Below, piece by piece: positions 1 to 9,125 of a stretch of 32,000 nucleotides of DNA. A program made the translations under genes and the position numbers. Under the pieces are notes generated by a model. The model made no database searches. It saw only the letters and a program-made list of their open reading frames with translations, and was not told the origin of the DNA. The DNA is from Nitrosospira multiformis ATCC 25196 (GTDB lineage Bacteria > Pseudomonadota > Gammaproteobacteria > Burkholderiales > Nitrosomonadaceae). The DNA is taken from NCBI RefSeq assembly GCF_000196355.1, contig NC_007614.1, positions 1,470,001-1,502,000 on the forward strand, written 5' to 3'. Position 1 is the first letter of the stretch. Every line of letters begins with the position of its first letter.

Positions 1-2
1 GA

Positions 3-686
3 ATAAACGCCGGCGATGAAAGCTTTGTTGTCAATCCCGAAACCTTGCTGACCGGCATGAAGGTGTTCATCGACAACTCGGTGGGAGGTTATGATCCCTC
101 GACAGAGGAGTTGTACTACAAGATCTTCTACGATGATGGCACCAATTCAGGCAACATAAAGGTAGGGAGTACAGATCTATCGGCAGCGGCAGGGGGACAG
201 AAATCCTTCATGATCGAGACTGAAGGCTCCAAGTTGATCGACTCCGTTCAGCTCACGATGGGTAAGGGCACGGTGAAGATCCCGGTGATCGAGTTCATCA
301 AGTCGACCGAAAATCTTGCCAGCGATATCAAGCTGGGTTTTACGGCCTCGCTGACGGATGCCGATGGTGACAAGGCAACCAGCAACTTCTCGACTAACCT
401 GTTCGCCAATGACCTGGGCGGAACGTTTGACTATACACTGATCGGCGCCCCCAATGACCTCGATGGCTTCGACGTGGATCTTTCGGCCACCCAGGATTCC
501 TACCGGATCGAGAATTTCGACGAACCGCAGGACACCCTGTTCCTTCTCAACGGTACTGGCGCAACCGTTTCGATAAACAATGCCGGAACGGACAGCATCG
601 TTTCCGTAGCCGAGGCAGGCGGGCAAACAACGGACATCACCGTTGTAGGTGTCCACCTCCAGGCGGCTGACGTAGTGCTCGTCTAG
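3..686 (+). CDS. C-terminal ~227 aa of a large secreted protein, probable type I secretion substrate (5' end outside window)
   Basis: The frame is open from the window edge, with no stop before the first ATG at 45. The protein is Asp/Gly/Thr-rich and has no Cys. The tail ...YRIENFDEPQDTLFLL...DITVVGVHLQAADVVLV* resembles the uncleaved C-terminal T1SS signal region. The gene lies directly upstream of a complete ABC/MFP/OMP set. Confidence 0.6.
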   Translation: MNAGDESFVVNPETLLTGMKVFIDNSVGGYDPSTEELYYKIFYDDGTNSGNIKVGSTDLSAAAGGQKSFMIETEGSKLIDSVQLTMGKGTVKIPVIEFIKSTENLASDIKLGFTASLTDADGDKATSNFSTNLFANDLGGTFDYTLIGAPNDLDGFDVDLSATQDSYRIENFDEPQDTLFLLNGTGATVSINNAGTDSIVSVAEAGGQTTDITVVGVHLQAADVVLV

Positions 687-696
687 CCAGCATTTG

Positions 697-732
697 CCGG
701 GCAAGCCAGGTATTCAAACCTGGCTTGCCTGG
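697..732 (+). terminator. Strong hairpin after the secreted-protein gene
   Basis: GGCAAGCCAGGT (700-711) pairs with ACCTGGCTTGCC (718-729) around loop ATTCAA. Three further flanking pairs extend the stem. It starts 11 nt after the stop. The U-tract is poor (GCACTTTCC). Confidence 0.5.
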
Positions 733-1006
733 GCACTTTCCTGTGTTTATCCGATCTTTCCTGAAAAAGGAAAGCTGCTGAAGCTTTGCATATTCTGGGG
801 TGAGATCACAGCTTGGCATCTCTTCGAATCCTTGGCCCCATACCGCACTCCTGCTTCATGCCTGCTACCGGTACTGCCATCCCTGAACGAACTCATTCTC
901 TAACCAATTCCGCCGCATGGTGCTGTCTATGTTGTTTATCGCACAGAGGAGCATCAATGAAACCATGAAAAATACCGCTTGAGCCGTTGCCTTCGAGCCA
1001 GAAAAC

Positions 1007-1745
1007 ATGGATGAACAACATTCTGCTCCTATCCGCGTTCTGTTGATCGGTGCCTATCCCATCGTGCTTCTTGGGCTGAAGAACCTGATCGAGAGCCAAG
1101 GGGAGAGAATGAAAATGGCGGGCCAGTTCACGCGCTACTCTCTGCCCATCCCGGAACTTGAGGAACTGACGCCGGATGTGATTGTGATCGACCCCGACCA
1201 GGAGCCGAGGGAAGGCATGGAGGCAATGCGGATGCTGGTCAAAGCTTGTGGGGCCAGGATCATGGTTTTCAGCACGTTTTGCGACCCCCTTACTTGCAAC
1301 GAGGCCATCCTCAAGGGAGCCATGGGTCTCGTCGGAAAACAGGAACCGTTGGAGATCATTCCGAAAGCGATCGAAAAGATTCACGAAGGACAATTCTGGC
1401 TTAACCGCACAAATACATACCGGAAAGCTCATACACCAGCTCAGGGATGCTCAATCGCCCGAAGCTCCTGGCTGGGAGGAGCCGAAAATAAGGGCCCTTA
1501 CGACGAGGGAGAGAACCGTCGTCGCGACCGTTGTCTCGAACACTGAAGCCCCCTTCAAGGTCATCGCCGATATGATGCATATCAGCGAACGCACCTTGCG
1601 CAATCATTTGAGTTCCATCTATGAAAAACTGAGTCTTAGCAATCGCCTCGGTCTTTTGGCCTACGCGCGGAAGCATGGGTTAGAAGAAGACCAGGCCCCT
1701 CCTGAAAAGATATGGAGAAGTTTCGCCAGGGAAGGCAAGGATTGA
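1007..1745 (+). pseudogene. LuxR/NarL-type response regulator (REC + LuxR HTH) split by a frameshift
   Basis: The REC-like domain is in the frame of ORF 1007..1546 (IRVLLIGAYPIV...DVIVIDPD...VFSTF...GLVGKQEP...GQFWLNRT). The LuxR HTH is in the frame of ORF 1248..1745 (LTTRERTVVATVV...KVIADMMHISERTLRNHLSSIYEKLSLSNRLGLLAYA). Homology switches frame around 1400-1430. The stop TGA abuts the ATG of the ABC gene (TGAATG at 1743-1748). Confidence 0.7.
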
Positions 1746-3467
1746 ATGAGTTACAAGCTCAGAATCCCGAAAACGGAAATAGCTCGGGCTTTGGCCGATT
1801 TCAAGGGTGCTTTCAGGACCGTAGGGGTTTTCAGCGCGATCATCAATCTGTTGCTGCTGGTTCCGGCCCTGTACATGCTGCAGGTGTACGACCGGGTGCT
1901 CGCCAGCAGGAATGAAACCACCTTGCTGATGCTGACCTTGCTTGCGCTGGGTGCGTTTCTGTTCATGAGTGCACTGGAGCTCGTACGCAGCTTTATTCTC
2001 ATCCAACTCGGCGCCCAACTCGACGCCAGGATGAACCGGCGGATTTATGCAGCCGCATTCGAACAGAACCTGAAACGGGCAGGGGGCAATGCGGGGCAGG
2101 CACTGCAGGATCTGGCCACCATCCGCCAATTTTTGACCGGCCAGGGATTGTTTGCTTTCTTTGATGCACCCTGGTTTCCGGTATATTTGCTTGTCATTTT
2201 CCTGTTTGACCCCTTTCTGGGGTTGTTCGCGCTCGTCGGAACGATAGTGCTGGTGGTCCTGGCTTTCGTGAATGAAACCGTGTCCAAAAAACCCCTGGAG
2301 GAGGCCAATGCAGTTGCGGTTACTTCGGGCACTCTGGCGACCAACAATCTGCGCAATGCGGAAGTGATTGCCGCGATGGGCATGCTGCCCAACCTGATGA
2401 GTCGCTGGCTCACGCTGAACAACCGTTTTCTGCAACTGCAAGCCGAAGCCAGTCAGAAGACTGGAACAATCACCTCCATCACCAAGTTCGTGCGCGTTTC
2501 GATGCAATCACTCATATTGGGATTGGGAGCACTGCTTGCACTGGAAGGAGAAATCACGCCGGGCATGATGATCGTGGCGACGATCCTCATGGGGCGGGCC
2601 TTGAGCCCGGTCGAGCAATTGATCGGCATTTGGAAAAGCTGGAGCAGCGCACGCACTGCCTATCATCGCCTGACGGAACTGCTGGAGACGAATCCGGCGC
2701 GGGAAACAGGAATGGCGCTACCCAAACCGGTCGGGAAGCTATCGGTGGAGGGGGTGACAGCCGCGCCTCCGGCGGCTACGATGGCTGTCCTGAAAAACCT
2801 GAGTTTTGCGGTGATACCCGGTGAGGTGCTGGGCATCATCGGGCCCAGCGGTTCCGGAAAATCGACTTTGGCGCGGTTGCTGGTAGGCGTCTGGCCTGCA
2901 GCTGCAGGCAAGATACGCCTGGATGGGGCGGACGTTTACTACTGGAACAAGGAAGAACTGGGACCCTACATCGGCTACCTGCCGCAGGATGTCGAATTGT
3001 TTGCCGGTACTGTCGGGGAGAATATCGCCCGGTTTGGGGAGGTGGATTCGGAAAAAGTGGTGGTAGCGGCCCAGCGCGCGGGGATTCATGAAATGGTCCT
3101 GTGCTTGCCGCAAGGGTATGACACCCCTCTCGGGGATGGGGGGGCTGGCTTGGCAGGCGGACAAAAACAGCGGCTCGGCCTTGCGCGCGCGATGTATGGC
3201 GATCCCTCCCTGATTGTGCTGGACGAGCCCAACTCGAATCTTGATGAAACCGGCGAGCAGGCACTGGTCGAAGCCATTATCGACCTGCGCAGGCGCGGAA
3301 AAACCATTGTGATAATCAGTCATAGAAGCAGCGTGCTGCGCACTACGACAAAACTGCTGCTGCTGGTGGATGGGAAAGCGCAGTTGTTCGGTCCGACAGG
3401 AGAGGTTCTGGCGAAATTGACGAAACCCAACCGGCAACCGGCGCAGCAGGTGCAACAGACCGGGTAA
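1746..3467 (+). CDS. Type I secretion system ABC transporter permease/ATPase (PrtD/AprD type, no C39 peptidase domain)
   Basis: 573 aa. The N-terminal TMD has the signature LYMLQVYDRVL. The NBD has Walker A GPSGSGKST, the ABC signature GGQKQR and Walker B SLIVLDEP. Confidence 0.95.
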   Translation: MSYKLRIPKTEIARALADFKGAFRTVGVFSAIINLLLLVPALYMLQVYDRVLASRNETTLLMLTLLALGAFLFMSALELVRSFILIQLGAQLDARMNRRIYAAAFEQNLKRAGGNAGQALQDLATIRQFLTGQGLFAFFDAPWFPVYLLVIFLFDPFLGLFALVGTIVLVVLAFVNETVSKKPLEEANAVAVTSGTLATNNLRNAEVIAAMGMLPNLMSRWLTLNNRFLQLQAEASQKTGTITSITKFVRVSMQSLILGLGALLALEGEITPGMMIVATILMGRALSPVEQLIGIWKSWSSARTAYHRLTELLETNPARETGMALPKPVGKLSVEGVTAAPPAATMAVLKNLSFAVIPGEVLGIIGPSGSGKSTLARLLVGVWPAAAGKIRLDGADVYYWNKEELGPYIGYLPQDVELFAGTVGENIARFGEVDSEKVVVAAQRAGIHEMVLCLPQGYDTPLGDGGAGLAGGQKQRLGLARAMYGDPSLIVLDEPNSNLDETGEQALVEAIIDLRRRGKTIVIISHRSSVLRTTTKLLLLVDGKAQLFGPTGEVLAKLTKPNRQPAQQVQQTG

Positions 3468-3567
3468 TGATCAAGGTGCAGGTCCAGGGAGAAGAAAGAA
3501 CAGGATAGCCAGACGGGACAGTCCTGTTCTGCCTGGAGAGCGTGAAGCCACAAAGGAGTGAATTGAA

Positions 3568-4932
3568 ATGGCGGCGAGGTTGCAGGAAGACAGCGTTGTC
3601 GGCACTTATGAAGGGCACCATGGGCGCAAGCACGCTTTTCCGGGAATAGACGGAGATGCGACCTGGTATACGCGCCTCGGCTGGTGGATAGTGGTGGGAG
3701 GGGTCGGCGGGTTTCTGCTGTGGGCTTCCCTGGCGCCGCTGGACAAAGGGGTGCCGCTCAGCGGGACGGTGATGGTGGCGACCAACAGGAAAGCGGTCCA
3801 GCATCAAACCGGAGGAACGATCGAAGATATCCCTGTGAAAGAAGGGGATGTAGTCAAGGCCGGCACCGTGCTGGTGCGCATGAACAGCGTGCAGGTCAAG
3901 GCGAATGCCGAAACGATGCGTGTGCAGTATTTTGCCGCGCGCGCAGCCGAGGCGCGTTTGATTGCCGAGCGCGATGGAAAGAAAGAGATCGTTTTCCCCC
4001 GGGAATTGGAGAACATGAAAAGTGATCCCATCGTTGCCACTTATATCGACATGCAGAAGCAATTATTCAGTTCGCGTTTACTGGGTATCCAGAGTGAATT
4101 GTCGGGGATCGACGAGAGTATTTCCGGCTTGAAGCTGCAAACCAGCGGGCTGGAGGAATCGCGAGACAACAAGAAACAGCAGCTGAAATTTCTGGGAGAG
4201 CAGCTGGAGGGGATGCGCGATCTGGCCGCGGAAGGTTACGTGGCGCGCAATCGCTTGCTGGAACTGGAGCGCACCTACGCGCAGATAAATGGCTCCATCT
4301 CCGAAGATATCGGCAATATCGGACGGGCGCGGCGGCAGATCGTGGAATTGAAGCTGCGCCGGGTGCAGCGTCAGCAGGAATATCAGAAGGAAGTGCGATC
4401 GGAACTCACGGAGGTGCAGAAAGAAGCGGAAGCGCTTGCCCATAAATTGAGCGGGCTGGATTATGAGCTGGCGAATGTGCTGGTCAAGGCCCCAGTGGAT
4501 GGAACCGTAGTGGGGCTGAATGTTTTCACGCGGGGAGGCGTAGTGAGTCCGGGCTTCAAGATGATGGACATTGTACCGAGCGACGACCCCTTGACGGTGG
4601 AAGGGCACCTGCCGGTGCATCTGATCGATAAAGTTCACCCTGATCTTCCGGTAGAGTTTATATTTACCGCATTCAACCGCAATCTGACGCCCCACGTGCC
4701 CGGAATCGTGACCCATGTTTCCGCAGATCGTCTTGTGGATGAAGATAGCGGGGAGCCTTACTACAAGCTGCAGGCCAAGGTGGCACCGGAAGGGATGAAA
4801 ATGATTGCGGATTTGCAGATCAGGCCAGGCATGCCGGTTGAACTCTTCGTAAAGACGGGCGAACGCACCATGATGAATTACATTCTCAAGCCGATTCTGG
4901 ATCATTTCAAAATGGCGATGACAGAGGAGTAG
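3568..4932 (+). CDS. HlyD-family T1SS membrane fusion protein (PrtE/AprE type)
   Basis: 454 aa with a single N-terminal TM (WWIVVGGVGGFLLWASLAPL), then a lipoyl-like hairpin (IEDIPVKEGDVVKAGTVLVRM), a long coiled coil and a C-terminal beta-barrel. AGGAG lies upstream of the ATG. Confidence 0.93.
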   Translation: MAARLQEDSVVGTYEGHHGRKHAFPGIDGDATWYTRLGWWIVVGGVGGFLLWASLAPLDKGVPLSGTVMVATNRKAVQHQTGGTIEDIPVKEGDVVKAGTVLVRMNSVQVKANAETMRVQYFAARAAEARLIAERDGKKEIVFPRELENMKSDPIVATYIDMQKQLFSSRLLGIQSELSGIDESISGLKLQTSGLEESRDNKKQQLKFLGEQLEGMRDLAAEGYVARNRLLELERTYAQINGSISEDIGNIGRARRQIVELKLRRVQRQQEYQKEVRSELTEVQKEAEALAHKLSGLDYELANVLVKAPVDGTVVGLNVFTRGGVVSPGFKMMDIVPSDDPLTVEGHLPVHLIDKVHPDLPVEFIFTAFNRNLTPHVPGIVTHVSADRLVDEDSGEPYYKLQAKVAPEGMKMIADLQIRPGMPVELFVKTGERTMMNYILKPILDHFKMAMTEE

Positions 4933-4941
4933 GGTGCCAGC

Positions 4942-6339
4942 ATGACACCCGCCGCGCGCGTTCTGATTGCTGCCGCCATAGGGCTGGGGAGCATGCTTCA
5001 TGCGGGCCACGCATCCGCACTGGGGCTGATGGAGGCATATGAAGCCGCCGTGGCGAACGATCCGGCTTATCGGGCGGCGATTCATGAAAACAGGGCAGGT
5101 CAGGAGTTTACGGCGATAGGCCTTTCCGGCCTGCTTCCCTCCCTTTCTGCAAATTTCTCGATAAATCAGAACCAGCAGGATTTCACACGTCAGTCCATTA
5201 CTCTCCATCGCAGCTATGAGAGCCAAACCGCTGCCATCCAGCTGAGGCAGCCCATCATCAACCTGGCTGCATTCGCGGGTTATAAGCAGGGAATCGCAAA
5301 GACGAGCCAGAGCAATGCCGATTTTTCCGGGCAGATGCAGGAACTTATCCTGCGCCTCGTGAGCGCTTATGTGGAAGCAAAATACGCTGAGGATGGGTTG
5401 GCTCTGGCGGTAGCGCAATCGACTGCGTACGCGGAGCAGCGGCAGGCAAACGAGCGTATGCTCGAGAAAGGAGAGGGGACAAAAACGGAGGCTCTGGAAA
5501 CCCAGGCCAGCTACGACCTCGCACAGGCGCAGGTTCTCGAAGCGGAGGACAATGTGGCAATGAAGCGCGATGTACTTGCTGCTATCGTAGGCGAGGAAAT
5601 CAGCGCGCTCGATCCATTATCCGACGACTTCCGCGTCAAGCCGATGCAGCCGGGAAGGTTTGATGACTGGAAGGACCTCGCGCTCGAGAACAATCCCGAT
5701 ATCGCCGGTCAGCGTCATGCCGTGGATGTGGCGCGCGAAGAGATCAACAAGCAGCGCGCGGGTCATTTTCCGCGGCTTGACGCGGTAGCAGCCATCACGC
5801 GCAACAAGTCGGACAGCCCTATCCTCGTCGGTATCGATGCGCTCACGCAGAGCATAGGCGTGCAAGTAAATCTGCCTTTATACGCAGGAGGCAACGTCAG
5901 CGCGATGACAAGCCAGGCAGCGTCAAACTACGAGAAGGCAAGAGCCGATCTCGATACCACCATCAGTGAGACGCTTGTCGAACTGCGCAAGCAGTTCAAT
6001 CTTGCGCTGACGAGTACATCTCGTATTGCGGCGTTTGCGAAATCGGTTGATTCGGCAAATTTGCTCATCGAAGCCACGACGAAAAGCATCAGAGGGGGCG
6101 TGCGGACCAATCTTGATCTTTTGAATGCGCAGCAACGGCTGTTCGAAGCGAAACGTGATCTTGCGGAGGCACGCTATGGCTACCTCCTGGCCTATCTTCG
6201 CCTGCGGAGAGCCGCCGGAATAGTGGGATTCGAAGATCTCCACGACATCGCAGGATATTTCATCCGTGTCGGTAACTCTCCCGCGCCAATCAACACTGCC
6301 CGCGCGAAGAAACAGGAATCGTTGCAACAACTTGAATAA
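4942..6339 (+). CDS. TolC-family outer membrane channel of the T1SS
   Basis: 465 aa with a signal peptide (...MLHAGHASA). It has a duplicated TolC repeat architecture, with typical motifs such as LLPSLSANFS and GTKTEALETQASYDLAQAQ. It starts 10 nt after the MFP gene. Confidence 0.92.
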   Translation: MTPAARVLIAAAIGLGSMLHAGHASALGLMEAYEAAVANDPAYRAAIHENRAGQEFTAIGLSGLLPSLSANFSINQNQQDFTRQSITLHRSYESQTAAIQLRQPIINLAAFAGYKQGIAKTSQSNADFSGQMQELILRLVSAYVEAKYAEDGLALAVAQSTAYAEQRQANERMLEKGEGTKTEALETQASYDLAQAQVLEAEDNVAMKRDVLAAIVGEEISALDPLSDDFRVKPMQPGRFDDWKDLALENNPDIAGQRHAVDVAREEINKQRAGHFPRLDAVAAITRNKSDSPILVGIDALTQSIGVQVNLPLYAGGNVSAMTSQAASNYEKARADLDTTISETLVELRKQFNLALTSTSRIAAFAKSVDSANLLIEATTKSIRGGVRTNLDLLNAQQRLFEAKRDLAEARYGYLLAYLRLRRAAGIVGFEDLHDIAGYFIRVGNSPAPINTARAKKQESLQQLE

Positions 6340-6517
6340 CCTGAACTATGTATGCTTCCGAACAGAGCCAATGTATTTTCCAAGCTACGATAAATCATTC
6401 TCTGCTTTTAACTTTAACAAATTGAGATAAGAAACCCTCATCTTCATGACACTGGAAGTCTTCCGGTGGCTTGTCAGAGGGAAGTTCTAAAAGTATTTGA
6501 TAATTCGGAGGCCTAGC

Positions 6518-6958
6518 ATGGTTGCAGATAAAGAGCGAGGAAAAAGCGGTGACAAACGCGGTTTTGCTTCAATGGACGTAAACAAGCAGCGTGAGATCGC
6601 CAGTAAAGGCGGCAAGGCGGCCCATTTGAAAGGTACTGCCCATGAATTCGATTCCGAGGAAGCACGCGAGGCAGGCCGGAAAGGGGGCAGGGCGGCTCAT
6701 TTGAAGGGCACGGCGCACGAGTTTGATTCGAAAGAGGCGCGCGAGGCAGGCAGGAAGGGCGGCAAGGCCGCACACGAGAAGGGTACGGCGCATGAGTTTG
6801 ATTCCCGGGAGGCGCGCGAAGCAGGACGCAAAGGCGGAGAATCACGTGGAAAAGGTGGTTCACAGGCTGAGCACGAGAAGGAAGCCTCATACTCGTTGCG
6901 GAGTGGAAAATCCGGGCAGCCCGACAAGGGTGACAGCTCAAATCACACTGGCCGATAG
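6518..6958 (+). CDS. KGG-repeat general stress protein (YciG-like)
   Basis: Three 25-aa repeats GGKAAH(L/E)KGTAHEFDS(E/K/R)EAREAGRKG carry KGG motifs. GGAGG at 6507-6511 lies 6 nt before the ATG at 6518, so this start is preferred over the TTG at 6497 in the ORF track. Confidence 0.85.
   Translation: MVADKERGKSGDKRGFASMDVNKQREIASKGGKAAHLKGTAHEFDSEEAREAGRKGGRAAHLKGTAHEFDSKEAREAGRKGGKAAHEKGTAHEFDSREAREAGRKGGESRGKGGSQAEHEKEASYSLRSGKSGQPDKGDSSNHTGR
6611..6835 (+). repeat. 3 x 75-bp in-frame tandem repeat inside the KGG protein gene
   Basis: Units start at 6611, 6686 and 6761. Each encodes the same 25-aa unit. Copies differ mostly at synonymous or conservative positions. Confidence 0.9.
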
Positions 6959-7008
6959 AATCCTCTACACCGTTGCTTGAGTGGGACGGGATTTCCGTAC
7001 CTGCCTCG

Positions 7009-7046
7009 AACAGCGGGCCACCCTTCGGCGGGCTGTTATTCTTTCA
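7009..7046 (+). terminator. Hairpin plus T-rich tail after the KGG gene
   Basis: AACAGC...GCTGTT is the outer stem, with an inner CC/GG stem around a CTTC loop, followed by ATTCTTTCATT. A second hairpin CCTCTCCC-CACG-GGGAGAGG at 7067-7086 sits between the convergent genes. Confidence 0.45.
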
Positions 7047-7110
7047 TTATTTATTTCAATTCGCGCCCTCTCCCCACGGGGAGAGGTTGCTCATGAGACT
7101 CATTTCGCGG

Positions 7111-7971
7111 CTAAAGCTTGGAGATCAATGATTGCGCGTCGAAAGGCGCTCTTACTTTGATATCGTTGTCGAAGTAACAGTAGACATCGCGAGGTATACG
7201 CGGTGGCGGATGCCGTGAGATGAGATGCGCGTCGTCAGGTTGTAAACCCGTGCGCCAGAGGCGAATTCGTTGCGCCCAGCGTGCCAATGCCTCATCGGTA
7301 TATCCGCTCGCATAAATTTCCTGATCACCGTGCAGACGGAGATAGAGGAAATCTGCCGTTACGTCTTCACGGTAGGGCCATTTTCTTGCAGTATCTGCGA
7401 TGACCAGGGCGATATTGTGCGCGCGCAGGAGCTCTACGAAGGTTTCATCGAGGAAGCTGTCGTGCCGTATTTCAACGGCATGCCGTAGAGGACGTTTTGC
7501 ATCGATTGCCAAGCGGGCGCGTCCTGTCATTCGTTTGTCCCGGTGACGGGCCAAGTGCAGAGCCTGCTCGGTATCTCGTGGCAGAAGCTCGAAAAATCCG
7601 CTCATTCTGTCCTGGCCATAGCGAAAATTCGGTGGAAATTGCCACAAGATGGGTCCGAGTTTTTCCCGGAGATTGAATATTCCCGAAGCGAAGAAATTGG
7701 CCAGGGGAATGTCGATGTCGCTCAGGCGCCGGATATGTGTTATGTATCGCGATCCTTTAACGCTGAAAATAAACCCCGGAGGCGTATCGTCATACCAGTG
7801 CCGAAAGCTGTCCGGTGTCTGCAGGGAGTAGAAAGTTCCGTTTATCTCGATGGTCGGCAATATCCTGGCAGCATATTCAAGCTCGCTGTGCTGGGGAAGC
7901 CCCGGAGGATAGAATATGCCGCGCCACGGAGGATAACGCCAGCCGGAAATGCCGATACGCGTCTCGCTCAC
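7111..7971 (-). CDS. DUF72 (YecE-like) family protein
   Basis: 286 aa. The N-terminus IGISGWRYPPWRGIFYP...LEYAARILPTIEINGTFYSL is the characteristic DUF72 opening. It starts 5 nt after the cupin stop. Confidence 0.85.
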   Translation of the reverse strand: MSETRIGISGWRYPPWRGIFYPPGLPQHSELEYAARILPTIEINGTFYSLQTPDSFRHWYDDTPPGFIFSVKGSRYITHIRRLSDIDIPLANFFASGIFNLREKLGPILWQFPPNFRYGQDRMSGFFELLPRDTEQALHLARHRDKRMTGRARLAIDAKRPLRHAVEIRHDSFLDETFVELLRAHNIALVIADTARKWPYREDVTADFLYLRLHGDQEIYASGYTDEALARWAQRIRLWRTGLQPDDAHLISRHPPPRIPRDVYCYFDNDIKVRAPFDAQSLISKL

Positions 7972-7976
7972 CCGCC

Positions 7977-8318
7977 CTAACTCCGTCCACGCGACAGTTC
8001 TTCCCCTTCAGCCGTATACGCAGGGGGAACATAAAAGTTGAGTGTCTGGAGCGGATCTTCTCCTGTATTGCGGATTTCATGCTCATCGCCACGCTCGATG
8101 AGCAAAAGGGAACCTTCGTCCAGGCGATAGCGCTTATCGTTTATGGTTGCAATTCCCGTTCCCGAAACGACATAAAGCCACTGGTCAGCACCGCGATGAC
8201 GATTATGCGGGCCTCCTTCTGCCTGCCCTGGAAGTAAAACCATTTCGGCCGCCTGTGAACTCGGATTACCGAGAACGATGCGAAAACCGCTTTCGAACTG
8301 CAGGTTTTTTCGTTTCAT
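7977..8318 (-). CDS. Cupin-domain protein
   Basis: Cupin_2 core HRHRGADQWLYVVSGTGIATINDKRYRLDEGSLLLIERGDEHEIRNTG. The ATG at 8318 is preceded by AGGAG with a 6-nt spacer. The ORF track's upstream ATG at 8336 is the alternative. Confidence 0.8.
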   Translation of the reverse strand: MKRKNLQFESGFRIVLGNPSSQAAEMVLLPGQAEGGPHNRHRGADQWLYVVSGTGIATINDKRYRLDEGSLLLIERGDEHEIRNTGEDPLQTLNFYVPPAYTAEGEELSRGRS

Positions 8319-8445
8319 CCATTTCTCCTGTCTCATCCGTTACAGAAATTTGACAGCAGAAAAACAACGCCGTTTCGCGAGAACGGGAGGCAGGGAAGGG
8401 TTGAGCAGAATGGCCGGCCGAACAAGGCCATTGCCTTGGTACAAG

Positions 8446-9075
8446 TCAGTCGAGAAAGGGTTTTGCCAGATTGAGATCGTTCACGAAGTGCTCGTACTCC
8501 TCGTCCTTGTTTTCCTCGGGCATGCGCAGCAGGAACGAGGGGTGGACCGTAATCAGCAGTGATACCCCCGTTGCATATTCGAGCAATTTTCCCCGGTTGA
8601 CTTTGACGGGGGTGGCGCGCCCCAGCAATGAGCGGGCTGCCGTAGCGCCCAGGGCAATGATCAGACGGGGGGTTATCAGTTCAATTTCCCGCTGCAGCCA
8701 GGCGTGACACGCTACGATTTCCGTATCTATCGGTTTCTTGTGCATGCGTCGCTTGCCACGCAGTTCGAATTTGAAGTGCTTGACCGCATTGGTAACATAG
8801 ACTTCTTCTCGCGATATACCGACTGCTGTCAGCGCGTGCGATAGAATCGACCCAGCCGGTCCGACAAACGGATGGCCCGTAGCATCTTCACGGTCTCCAG
8901 GCTGCTCACCGACGAGCATGATCGATGCGTGCGAGGGACCTTCTCCGAAGACAGTCTGCGTGGCATGTTCCCAGAGGTGACAGGCGCGGCAGTTCGTGGC
9001 TGCTTTACGCAGGGAAGCGACGGTGTTTCCCGCGTGTTCAGCAGGATGTGAAGTATCCGGTAGAGGCATTTTCAT
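8446..9075 (-). CDS. udgX: UdgX-type family-4 uracil-DNA glycosylase-like protein (covalent uracil-DNA binder)
   Basis: 209 aa. It has the Fe-S Cys CRAC...C and GEQPGDRED. It carries the UdgX-specific insertion VKHFKFELRGKRRMHKKP, equivalent to KRRIH with the crosslinking His. The C-terminal motif is VHPSFLLR. By recall it is collinear with M. smegmatis UdgX. Confidence 0.8.
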   Translation of the reverse strand: MKMPLPDTSHPAEHAGNTVASLRKAATNCRACHLWEHATQTVFGEGPSHASIMLVGEQPGDREDATGHPFVGPAGSILSHALTAVGISREEVYVTNAVKHFKFELRGKRRMHKKPIDTEIVACHAWLQREIELITPRLIIALGATAARSLLGRATPVKVNRGKLLEYATGVSLLITVHPSFLLRMPEENKDEEYEHFVNDLNLAKPFLD

Positions 9076-9125
9076 CTGCTGAAGAATGGACGGGGGATGG
9101 GGAGCCGGGAGTCAGGGACGTTATC

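Noticed and set aside
1680-5418. Long antisense ORFs (1680..2507, 2739..3455, 3343..4062 and 4078..5418, all minus strand)
   Set aside because: They lie entirely opposite the well-supported T1SS genes. Their translations are low-complexity and Arg/Pro/His-rich, with no recognisable motifs. They are typical shadow ORFs.
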